This document shows, in pieces, positions 1-13,545 of a DNA stretch of 28,621 nucleotides (position 1 is the first letter of the stretch; each line of letters opens with the position of its first letter). Source of the stretch: Bugula neritina (lineage: Eukaryota; Animalia; Bryozoa). The position numbers and the translations under genes are program-made. The stretch is from the NCBI GenBank assembly GCA_964035545.1, contig CAXIUT010000153.1, positions 21,171 to 49,791 of the forward strand, written 5' to 3'. Under the pieces are notes generated by a model. It had not been told where the DNA came from. It saw only the letters and a program-made list of their open reading frames with translations, and searched no databases.

Positions 1-73
1 CCCAACCCCAACCCCAACCCCAACCCCAACCCCAACCCCAACCCCAACCCCAACCCCAACCCCAACCCCAACC
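1..73. repeat. Telomeric repeat (CCCCAA)n, C-rich strand on +; polarity of a left chromosome end
   Basis: Perfect C4A2 array from base 1 to about 73, the Tetrahymena-type oligohymenophorean telomere unit. It may extend beyond the window. Confidence 0.97.
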
Positions 74-158
74 TACAGACCTTTAACCTTTGATGATGAT
101 TTGAGTAATGATATAAATGGATTGATTTAAATCCTGTTGATAATAATTACTTCACCAA

Positions 159-654
159 ATGGCTTAATAAGGATCTCAATATTTCTTCGGATACATCGGC
201 GTTGCATCAGCTCTCGTCTTTGCCAACCTTGGAGCTGCCTACGGGTCAGCTAAAGCAGGAGTAGGTATCTGCTCCATGGGTGTCCTTAAACCAGAACTCA
301 TCATGAAATCTGTAGTACCCGTCGTCATGGCCGGTATTCTGGGTATCTATGGTATGATCGTTGCCGTCATCATCGTCCAAAGAAGTATCCTATCTTCTAT
401 TCAGTTGGCACAGATTACACAGACAAGTCAGCCTACGCCCATTTGGCTTCAGGACTCTGCTGTGGGTTCAGTTCTCTGGTACAAATTTAACTAGATAGGC
501 GGCTGGACTGGCTATCGGGATAGTGGGAGACGCAGGAGTTAGAGCAAATGCTCAACAGGACAAGATCTTTGTGGGAATGATTTTGATTCTTATCTTCGGA
601 GAGGCTTTAGCTTTGTACGGATTGATCGTCTCCCTTATCCTCACATCGCAGTGA
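159..654 (+). CDS. VMA3: V-type H+-ATPase 16 kDa proteolipid subunit c; introns 385-404 and 479-498 (both 20 nt)
   Basis: Spliced translation [65 protein letters not shown]...[62 protein letters not shown]; ends in TGA. Confidence 0.97.
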
Positions 655-803
655 TTTGTAGTGATAGATTCACCCATAAATTTAACCATCCCTTCCTATC
701 ATTACATACATAGACATCATAGACATAAATACTAACAAGACAGCTAATAACATAACTCCTATGAACAAGATAACTACTATTAAGAAGATAACCATTTAAA
801 CAA

Positions 804-1718
804 TCAAAATCGACTTCTTCTCGTCTGTTTTCCATAGATTTTGAATGCTTCTTGAGTCTTTTCTAGTGCTTTCTCTAATCTTTTCTTCAAACTATCTTCT
901 CTGGCTTCTGGCTAGTTTAGTTTATAACTAGTGGTCATTGAACAGTTAAAAGATGATTTGTGTATTTTGGGTCTAACTTATTCTGTCCCAATGACTGAAT
1001 GTCTAGTCTTATCAGAAGTAATTGATTACTAAGATTGTTGAGAAAGTATTTAGTTTTTAGGTTGTCCTTTCTCTTCTGGACTGATAGAACGACCTCGACT
1101 TGATCCTCCTTTGCTTCTTCTATTTTTTCTTCTATTCAGCCGACTTTAAATTTCTGTTATTTTTTTATCCAACCTTGTGGAATAGTCTGACAACTAGGAA
1201 GATGCTCTTTTATTGACACTGATATTTTCCATGAGTTTATCGATTTGATTTTGGTATTATGCTTTTAGTTGGTATCTTTAGTGTTCGGGTACTATTTAAA
1301 ATCTACAATTAAGAGCCAATTTAGGTTAATATTAACTACTAATCCCTATATCTTCTATTTTGATGGCTATTTTAATGCCTAGCTATGCCAATTTGCATCC
1401 CAGCTAATTTAATTTTTATTTGATCATATTAACAAACTGATTCTCATTCAATTTGGCATGTCTGCTTAGATTGTCTTAGATGTACTAGTAATCAATAACG
1501 AATCCTTTGCCTTTCTTTTATACTATTCTCTACATCTATATTGTGTAGGGCAGTTAGTGTGAAATTAAGAAGTTAATGTTAGCTTGGACTTTATGGTAAT
1601 CTTATTGGTCGTGGGTGGGTATTTGGCGACGGATTGTTACTTTTTGTATTTGGTGTTTTGGACCCTAGAACGGGTAGGGGTGGCTGCTGGTTATTTCGAT
1701 TATGTATTGTTTTGGCAT
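804..1718 (-). CDS. Hypothetical protein (304 aa)
   Basis: ATG to TGA open frame of 915 nt with TAR=Glu (MPKQYIIEITSSHPYPFEGPK...GKQTRRSRF*). No family recognised. Confidence 0.7.
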
Positions 1719-1891
1719 GTTTATTATCTAATTATCTTATTTTATAGATAAAAGTAATAGATTAATCATTACTCTTTCGAATTAGTCTTGAAGGTTATTT
1801 TAGTTAGAAATACAGTGTTTATAGGTTTTATATGAAAATAAAAAAGATTAAGATTGGTTTTAGTATGATGATAAATAGATTAAAGCAAATA

Positions 1892-3132
1892 TCAATTTTT
1901 TTAACTTTTTTATCTTAACTTGGCATCTTTTCTTTGTCTATCTTATAGCATTTCTTTAGCCTTTTGCGCATCTTAAACTTTCCCTTCCCTCAACAACTGC
2001 AAATCCTATCTATTTCTATAATCAGATTTCAAACAATTCTACTTCAATTGAATCTAGCTATAATACTAAATATACCTGAAAAGCTTTAAGACTAGTACCC
2101 TACCAATATCTAGTCTACTCAAAATCAATAAATCCGCAATAGCTGCCACTGTATTTACAGACTGCTTTGTTTTTATGATAAATAACTGATTCGAAATAAT
2201 CAGAAGGTCTTTATAGATAAAGAAATACCTATTTTTAACTTTATCAAAAGTAATTTAACTTTTGTACTAGTTGATTTTATCAATGAAGGTAATAGTTTAT
2301 ACCATTTCTGATCTGACAGTTCCAATAAACAGTCCTGAAAACTTCTACCGACCAAAAGACACATCGATTCTTCCTCCGTCTTTGAACTACCATACTTTAT
2401 GCCCTCGGTTTAGCAACTATAAAGAATTCAAGCCAGCATGTGCAGCAAAATCATAGCATCCATAATATCTATAGCTATTTTTGGGTCCAACGCATAAAAA
2501 GTAACTAATAGGTGGATGATGACATATCTGCTAGCAATATATTTTAGTTCCGTCGGGGTAGCCGCCTTCGAGAGTTTATCCTAAAATTGGATTTAGCTGT
2601 ATTGATATGTATGTACTGGTTTGAGGAACATGTCTATGTAGTAGCTGGAGGCGATGGTGTTGGCGATGATGTATTTGAAGCGTTTGAGAGGGTTTTTAGT
2701 TTTAGTTGCCTTTTTCATGAAATACGGGTTGAGACAGCACGATGAAGTTGAATTTTATAGTGCAGTCGTTGGGACCATCACTTTGATAGGAAATGATATT
2801 TTGGTTAAGTTGAAATCCCCACTTATCAATTTTTTACCTATCAACTTCACCATCTACTTGCCAACTGATCGTAGTTTATTCACCTGATTCTTGTCACCAC
2901 ATATCTTGCCTCCCTTATTATAAGCATTCTAGTGCCGATGTTCTTATCCTTTGGGAACTGTTCTATTATTATATGATTAGTTACTTGTATTATGAGACGA
3001 TGGTTTTGACTTAATTTGGTTCTGGGTTGATGAAATATTTGTTTTGTTCTTGTGGCATTGTTTTTGAGATGTTGTAGTCTTATGACTATAGTTGTTATGG
3101 CTAAAATCCTTGCTTTTTTAGTTATTATTCAT
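1892..3132 (-). CDS. Oxysterol-binding protein family (short OSBP/ORP); introns 2597-2616, 2209-2228 (20 nt) and 2054-2075 (22 nt)
   Basis: Motifs LTKISFP, FLKPLNPILGET, EQICHHPPIS, SDYRNREDL and KEMLEDRQRKDAKLR. Spliced length is 393 codons. The start codon is the first ATG after an upstream in-frame TGA. Confidence 0.93.
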
Positions 3133-3316
3133 CAGGTTATTCTTATTCTTTTAAGTCCAACTTCTATTTAAACCAGTTCACCAGCTTCATTACCAGAAAT
3201 ATTTATAGTTTTATTAAAGGTATTCACTTATAATAGTAGATCAGAAAATACAAAAACTATATCTTAACAAAATATCTCTAATCAAAACTTAATAAATAAG
3301 ATTATTGTTCATAAGA

Positions 3317-4894
3317 TCATTCGAAGTCATCTGTTTTGCTTTCTTGGTTGTTTGTGGTTGTTTCGTTGCGAATTACCAAAGGAGAAAAGTATCTTTGTTG
3401 CTTATTTGATGATGACCCCATTGAACTTTATGATAGTGATACGAATTGACTCTGCTGTTTGATCTATCGTGGCTATATCGGTTAGTTTTGCTGTTTTGGA
3501 ATAAATTATGAGAATTTTGGTTATGAATTTTACCTGAGTTAGAATATTTACATTGGCTAGTATACTATCTGTCTGTTTTAGATAGTAGTATTATCACTTG
3601 GAATGTCGTTTTGAACAATATTGCCATCGATACTTGCAGCATTATTTAAATTTATTTCACCTTTACTGATTTATTCTTTATTTTGTTCTTCATTATTTTT
3701 CTTTTCTTTCTTTTAATCTTCTTTTTCAACACTCTCTATCTTTTTCAACTATATTCCTTATAGTATTTTGCTAGCATTCATGTTTTGCATAAACATTAGT
3801 TGAGAAGACATCATCCTTTTCACATTTGGTAGTTTTTCAGTCTAATTTATCAATTCCACTTCTTCTTGCTTCTCATTCATAACTGTGACTTCCTAATCTG
3901 TTGAAAATGTCTTCAGTATTATATTCTAAAAAAATGATACTTTCGCCTTTTTTGGCTAAGATGACTTTTACGTACTTGCTGCTTGATTTGATACCTATAA
4001 ATTTTATTGTTTTTATGGTTTTTCTGGTTTAAAACTATCAGATTCTTCATTTTAGGATTTCTCTTGTTTCTTTTTTCCTCCATGGAGTTAAAGATTTTTG
4101 AGATAGTTGTTATTGTAATGTCTCAATAGTTTTTGACTGGCAGTTTACATAGACATGGCATCTTTTCCATAATAGTCAATAAGGTTAAAAGACAATTTTC
4201 TGGGTTGATATTTTTGAGGTTCTAGCTTTCTTCCTATTTTTATTTTTTATTAAAACTCTGATTCAATTTTTTAGATGTTATAGAGTTCCTTAAATCCGAA
4301 ATAATCTTCTTCTTAGTCTTCATAGTCTTCAGGCAACTCATCATCACTTTAATATTCCTCTTAGTCAGAAGACTATCCTTAGGAATCATCTGATAGGAGT
4401 TCATCTTAGTCCAAATCTTAGAGAAGTTCTTCATCGTAGAAATCATCTTAATAATCACCTAAAAACCATTAAGGAATCTCTTTATTTTTAGCTGCTGAAA
4501 TAAAATCTTAGAGTGTTGGCTTCTTTATTTTATTTACCTCTTTTTACTTCTTTCCTCCCTTATAAAATAACTCTAATTCTTTCTGATTATTTCCCTCGAT
4601 TTCTTTGCTTTTTGTTTCGACTATTTTCTCTAGCTTTTGATCAATTTTTTCCTCTTCTTGTTCCTCACTCTCTTATTTCTAATCTGACTGATTGTTTTAT
4701 TCGATTTATTTGTGTTAATCTGAGGTGAGATCATTCTCTTCTTCTGATTGGCTTCCTTCTAGGTTGTTATCTTTGAGTTCTTGGTCTTTGTCGAGGAGGT
4801 GTGTGTTAGTCGGGGGTGTCAGTAGGTGGTTTTGGTGTGGAGTGGTCATGGGTGGTGTCTAATGATAAGAAAATGATGAATATATTTCGCTCAT
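3317..4894 (-). CDS. Hypothetical acidic, low-complexity protein (525 aa)
   Basis: 1578-nt ATG to TGA frame containing the D/E tract DDFYDEELLEDLDEDELLSDDSEGESSDEEEYESDDELPEDYEDEEEDY when TAR=Glu. Confidence 0.75.
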
Positions 4895-5062
4895 TTCTAA
4901 GAGCAATGTATAAAATCTGACATATATATTAACAACTAATATCTACTTTCATAACTAGTCCATCTAAACCAAATCAATTCATAAAATAATTACATTTATC
5001 TATCACATTGACAACTAAATAAATATTTATAAATTGATGATATTCAAATACGTATAATAATA

Positions 5063-5340
5063 ATGTTAGGCACTCTCCTCTAAACTATTCTTCTCTTCAT
5101 AAATGCAGTAGCCATTCTCAACTAAAAGCGTTTCCTTAAAAAATGTACATCAGCTATCATATAGATGGATTCAATACTGTTTCAACACCAGACAATCCTA
5201 ATGAAGCTATCACATCTAAAAGTCAAATCATTATGGCTATGGTTACTCTCAGAACCATTGGAAAATGTAGTCGTATAAATCATATAGATTTCTTGATACC
5301 GCTCAATATACTGGCTATTTTGTTAGAAGTATTAGGATGA
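5063..5340 (+). CDS. YOS1: Yos1/IER3IP1-like ER-Golgi transport membrane protein; introns 5145-5164 (20 nt) and 5267-5287 (21 nt)
   Basis: MLGTLLETILLFINAVAILNEKRFLKKYGF...KSQIIMAMVTLRTIGKYFLIPLNILAILLEVLG* matches the Yos1 family pattern (NA.A.L.E.RFL ... LI..N...I...L..G). Confidence 0.88.
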
Positions 5341-5399
5341 TCTATGTTTATTTGATATGAACTAAAATTAATGCTTATAACATGTTATTTAACTATAAA

Positions 5400-8429
<3,030 letters not shown>

Positions 8430-8497
8430 TTAAATATTATAAGTTGAAATCTATCTCATTGGATAAACCGCCATTAACAATATATCAGATAGATAAA

Positions 8498-10624
8498 TCA
8501 TTACAAAAACTCACATCCTTTTATTTACTACACTTTCTACTATACTTTATCTTACACTTTAGCACTTTATTAAACAAAGATATGTTATTTTAGTTTTACA
8601 GACGAACGAAGGCTATTTTATTCTATTTTGGACTATGTTTTTTTGAGTTGGATGAGATGAGACCGACCGAGGTGAGATATATTTTAGTCTGATTGCTAGA
8701 AAATGACTTATTTTCTGTCTTGATTCTCATCTACAAAGCGTTAAAATATCACTTCATAGTTTATATGCTATAAATCTTATGAATATATTGCAGTTTCAGC
8801 TATTAAAAACTATATCTACTATTTGCTAAAGTATTCCTATAATATCTAAACAAAAAGTTATAATTTTATACCACCATTCTTATGTACTATCTATTGTATC
8901 TTTTATTTCATTACCTTAGCGTTTGTTAGCATCTTTTAAGTACACTTTTATACTAACTATCTTTCAATTTACAGTGTTAAAGGTTAAAATTATGAAACAA
9001 CTCCTCTTAATTTGGTAATCAACTCACTGCTACTAACTGATGATGATTTTTTTGGTTGATCTTTCTAGAAGATAAAGCAGATAAGAAGTTTGCTATGCTA
9101 TACATTTAAGTAGAATGGCTAGTTGATGAACATATGGCATAGATCGACATAGGTTAGCTTTTATGATTTTGACATCTAAATATCTGCTTTCAAATCATAG
9201 TAAGTGTATTTTTGGTATTTGAGGCGATATGTTAATAAAGTTCTTAGATTTTTTAGTTTTTTAATATTTGGAGAGTATTTTTTAGGATTGTGGAGGTTAA
9301 TAGGTGTTAGTGGTTATGTTTTTTGAAGTTGCGATGGCTGTATGTTATTATTTATCGATTCAATATTATGATATCCTTAAGATCTATGCTTTTTTACATT
9401 TATATCTATGATCTACGGCTATGATTGATTTATTGAATTTTAAGGATAATTAACCTGAATATATTATTTATTAATATTTTACTACCTATGTGTCTATTAT
9501 TACTATCTTATGTTGTTTGAATATCTTATACTTTTTTATTTTATTTTTTATTATTTTATATTTTCTTTACTATTTTTGTATTAAACTAAAGTGCTTTAAC
9601 TTTTATTTAGCTTCTATTCTGCTATTTTCAATTTCTACATCATCTTCTACAACTACTTTCTTAAATACTAATTCTATTTCTAATATCTTTCACTCTAATT
9701 CAAAGAAACATCCCTACTACTACTATCTTATATTAAATTATTATTATTTCCTACTTACTTATCTATTTGTATTCTTAGAGGAGTTTTATACATATTTTTA
9801 GTTTTATTTGTTTTTTATATTATTTTTTTGTTTCTGATTTCTTTCATATTTATCATTTATTTACTATTTATTTATTATTTGTGTTTTTACTATAAGATGG
9901 TATTAAAATATTTGAGTTATTAATTTTTAAAATCTTATTTTTGTTTTTTTATTGTACTCTATAATTCCATTATCTCGATATACATATTTTCTACCTTATT
10001 TTAATAATATTCTTTTTAGCTATTAATTAAAGTCATTGTTTTTGATAATTTTTATTGTTATTTTATCTGATTTTTATATTATTAAACTAGTAAATGCAGT
10101 TATTAATTTTTAATCGATAGTTTCATATTTTACTAAATGAATATTCTATTTTATATTTGTAGTTGATTAGTTTATAAATATTTTTTATCTTTCTTTATTA
10201 TCTTTATCTATTTTATCAACTATCTTTTTTCCCTTTATAACTATTTCATCTTCTTTAAGTTACTTTCTTAAATATCTGATTTTCTTTTTATACTACCCAA
10301 TCTCATAACCTTTCTCTCATTACTAGTTGACTAATTGATATTAATGTTTTTTTAATAGGCAGCTAATCTGGTTTTCATTTTGGTGTTCTCTTTTCGTAGT
10401 TTGTTTATTTATACTTTTAATTCATGCAGTTAGAAATAGAGAGTCTACTTGTCATATATTATATTTTTAGGAATCATTTTCTCGTTCTAGCGTATTTATT
10501 TGGTAGAATCGTGATTGGATAGTCTAGGTATTTTGGTTATTGTAGACTATCTATGGGAAAATATGTTTTTAATCGGAGCGTGAGGCTAAGTTTTAAATAT
10601 TATCCGCTATTTCTTTTTTATCAT
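8498..10624 (-). CDS. Coiled-coil protein (708 aa), N-terminus resembling the IQCE-type coiled coil
   Basis: 2127-nt ATG to TGA frame. YDKETLYFELHELKVEINKLRKENTKMKTRL and KYLETNQLQIENRIFIEENMKL recall IQCE-like segments. The family call is from memory and tentative. Confidence 0.7.
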
Positions 10625-10683
10625 GAATGGCAAAATAGACATCTACCCTTTTATTATTATCAAGTATCAACTAATAACCATTA

Positions 10684-10760
10684 GGGGTTGGGGTTGGGGT
10701 TGGGGTTGGGGTTGGGGTTGGGGTTGGGGTTGGGGTTGGGGTTGGGGTTGGGGTTGGGGT
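10684..10760. repeat. Internal telomeric tract (GGGGTT)n, about 77 nt
   Basis: Perfect G4T2 array between the divergently oriented genes starting at 10624 (-) and 10813 (+). Confidence 0.97.
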
Positions 10761-10812
10761 CATAGATATAAATCAACTACTAATCATTATTCTTATATAA
10801 TTATTTGGCGCC

Positions 10813-11218
10813 ATGTAAATCGAAACCCTTGCCAGTCCTCTCTACACCCGCTACCTTCCCTCTCGTCTGCCCACAGGATAAACAGTTACCATCGTCGGAT
10901 AAGCCATTTCGCTAGACGAGTCTAACAGAAAGCTGGTAATCCAGCCTGATCCTGAAGGTATTAATGTATTTATTTAGTTGATAATAACATCGAAGTGAAT
11001 ATTCCTCAGTCTATGGAGTGTGGAGAGTTGAGAGGAATCAAGTTTTTGGAGGTGAGAGGGATAAGTGATTCAGGAAGGTCGATGACTTTGAAAGAGTATT
11101 GCAATTTCAAAGATAACTTTGGTAATGTTGATGTTAGCTAGATTTGAAAACTTATAATGAAGTGTTGAAGCTATCCACTGAACCTTCATTCAAAAACATA
11201 TTTGGAAGACAAAATTGA
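10813..11218 (+). CDS. RPA3: Replication protein A 14 kDa subunit (RPA3/RFA3-like OB fold); introns 10958-10977 and 11122-11141 (both 20 nt)
   Basis: 121 aa; TVTIVGEAIS...FLEVRG...CNFKDNFDLKTYNEVLKLSTEPSFKNIF matches the RPA14 pattern (V..VG, EV.G, F...FDL..YN). Confidence 0.8.
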
Positions 11219-11438
11219 ACAAGTGATAGTCTTAGTACCTTATTCAAATATAGAACTATAAATAATATAAATAATCTCTTAAAATCAATAATGACCAATA
11301 TCTCTTTTCATGTTTGTTTTGTTTTAATAACTAGCTATCATTTAGACATCATTAAATACTTACTTCAAGTTTATAGTTTATTCTGATCAAATAGTTATAA
11401 TATTTATATTTATTATTCTTTGATAACTTTTAGTCTAG

Positions 11439-12734
11439 ATGTAACTAAAAAAATCAACGAGCTAGATGCAACCTGAGCAAAAGATTTAAGATATTTCAGT
11501 GGCGATGGCTTCTCCTAATCAATAGATTCGTTCCTAAAATGTTTTGAATTCAAGTATTCGAAATAGGCCAAGAGTTCCGGTGGTTCTTCAGAGCATGATC
11601 AGATAGAAAGCATCATAGAAGATGTCAGTGAATCAACCATAATAATAAAACTCATAAAAGAAATCAAAACTAGGTAGTTCTATTCGCAGTAAAATAAAAA
11701 AAACTATATAAAAGATCAAAGATGTGAAGAAATGTTAAATGTGTGAGCTTTAAATACCAAAACTACAACATAAAAATCAATAAATACACATGTGCGATTG
11801 CTAGCACAAAAAAAACTTTTGCTAGTCTTGTTTACAACATTATATCATCTATAAAGTCAATACATTTGAAGAAGTATTATGTCCTCATGAAGGCTGTCCT
11901 GTTGGTTTGGACATGGAAACTACTCTATTCAGAGGATTGCCTTTAGCTATACAAAAAAAGTACAGAAAGATCAGACAATTTTATACAGTAGCCAAGGACG
12001 AAAACGCTAAAATGTGTCCCAAAGACAACTGTGAAGGTATAGTAAGACCAGCAACGTAGAATGTAATGGTTTGCAATACATGCAGTCAGAGATGTTGTTC
12101 GAGTTGTTTATTGGCAGTTCACGAGGGCAAATGCGACCGTCATGAGATATAATTCTTTTAAAACAACCTGCATTATCGTCAGTGCAGGAGATGCAAAATA
12201 ATCGTCTAGAAGCAGGCAGGATGTAACCATATGACTTGCAAGTGTGGGTTTAACTTTTGTTATATGTGTGGGAAGAGGTGGACTGGAGCTCATTATGGAA
12301 CTCATGATGCTAGTGGCAATTTGGTCGGAGAGGCAGCTGAAGAGGACTGTTGCTAGTGTTGTGATAATGGGTGTCATTGTATGGATGACTGTGTGGGATA
12401 GACTTGTGCCTTCATCTTGAAACTACCTCTTAAATTACTACTATTCCTCTTGTTTTTCCCCATTATCCTCATTATTTGGCTGGGTAGAGATTTTTTTGTG
12501 ATTGTTGGAATGTTTCTAGCAGCTATTGTTACAGGGATATTTGGGTTTTCATGTGAGATATTAGGCTAGTTAGAAGGGATACAGTTTTTCTTTGGGATTT
12601 TGTGTTTTCCTGGGGTTTTATGTTGGGGAATAGGAAGAGGATTTAGCGAGATGTTTTGCTAGGTGGTTTCAGATGTAGAAAATGAGTTTTGTTAAATGTT
12701 CAGAGAAGGAGTACACTCGATTTGTGAACTTTGA
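11439..12734 (+). CDS. RBR (RING1-IBR-RING2) E3 ubiquitin ligase with C-terminal transmembrane segments (431 aa)
   Basis: CEMC...CDCEHKKNFCESC...CPHEGC; IBR CPKDNC...CNTC...CSSCLLAVHEGKC; RING2 CRRCKIIVEKQAGCNHMTCKCGFNFCYMCG with intact catalytic Cys/His; hydrophobic tail. Confidence 0.92.
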
Positions 12735-12850
12735 TTTGAATATGTTTTCAATTTTAATCATAATAGCAGTTTATATCTATAAGATATCTATGTTAAATAT
12801 TGATAGGATATTAAAAGAAGGATAATAAATTAATTCTTTGTATTTTTAGT

Positions 12851-13225
12851 ATGCAAACAAACAACGTCTTTACCTACGGGACCCTGATCCATCCTCAAAC
12901 CTTTGGTCGTTTCTCTAAAAACAGATATCAAGTACAGAATGCAACACTAAAAGATTTTATAAGAAAGTCTGTTAAAAATGCTCATTATCCTGGTATTACC
13001 AAAAACAAAGGATCTCAAGTAGAAGGACTTCTATATCTATCAGTCAATAACGAGGATCTAGCTGCATTAGACGACTATGAAGGATAGCAATACGAAAAGA
13101 TAGAAGTTAAAGTTGAGACTAAAGATGGAGAGAAAAGTGCTCTTGCTTATTTGTTTAAAAATCCTGCTTAGTTGGAAGATAAAGCTTGGGATTACGAGAA
13201 ATATGTAAGAGATTTTTATGAGTGA
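12851..13225 (+). CDS. Gamma-glutamylcyclotransferase / AIG2-like protein (124 aa)
   Basis: VFTYGTL, YPGI, VEGLLY, LAALDDYEGEQYEK and WDYE. Reads through the TAG at 13085-13087 to a TGA. Confidence 0.9.
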
Positions 13226-13545
13226 TTGATCATTAGTTTATTATGTTATCTTTAATAATCAAAAATAAAAGCTAAAAGATGTATAAAACCTATGAATGTT
13301 ATTTATTTAACTACAATGATCAAATTTTAATAAATCTTTAATCTATGTTTTACTTATCACTCAATAAGTAAAATCGAAAATGATAAAAATAAAGGTTTTA
13401 ACAAAAAATTACCATGAAATAGCGTATAAATCAATGGAATTTAACTTTAATTTGTCGAAATAAGATAATTACATGAATTTAGCTGTCAATATATATTTAG
13501 GATTTGAATGGTTTATATATATTATCGAACATACTCAATTGAATC

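Noticed and set aside
5060-5345. Minus-strand hydrophobic frame with several TGA codons, suggesting TGA=Trp
   Set aside because: It is the antisense shadow of the spliced YOS1 gene on +.
10623-10925. ORF-track protein with a GWGWGW repeat (possible Argonaute-hook protein)
   Set aside because: It is the telomeric tract translated, and it overlaps the real RPA3 gene in another frame.
10813-11218. RPA3 (an RPA3-type subunit is shared with Tetrahymena telomerase) next to a telomeric tract, and ISWI nearby, as a functional telomere or rearrangement cluster
   Set aside because: The neighbours of the other tracts are unrelated genes, so there is no evidence beyond coincidence.
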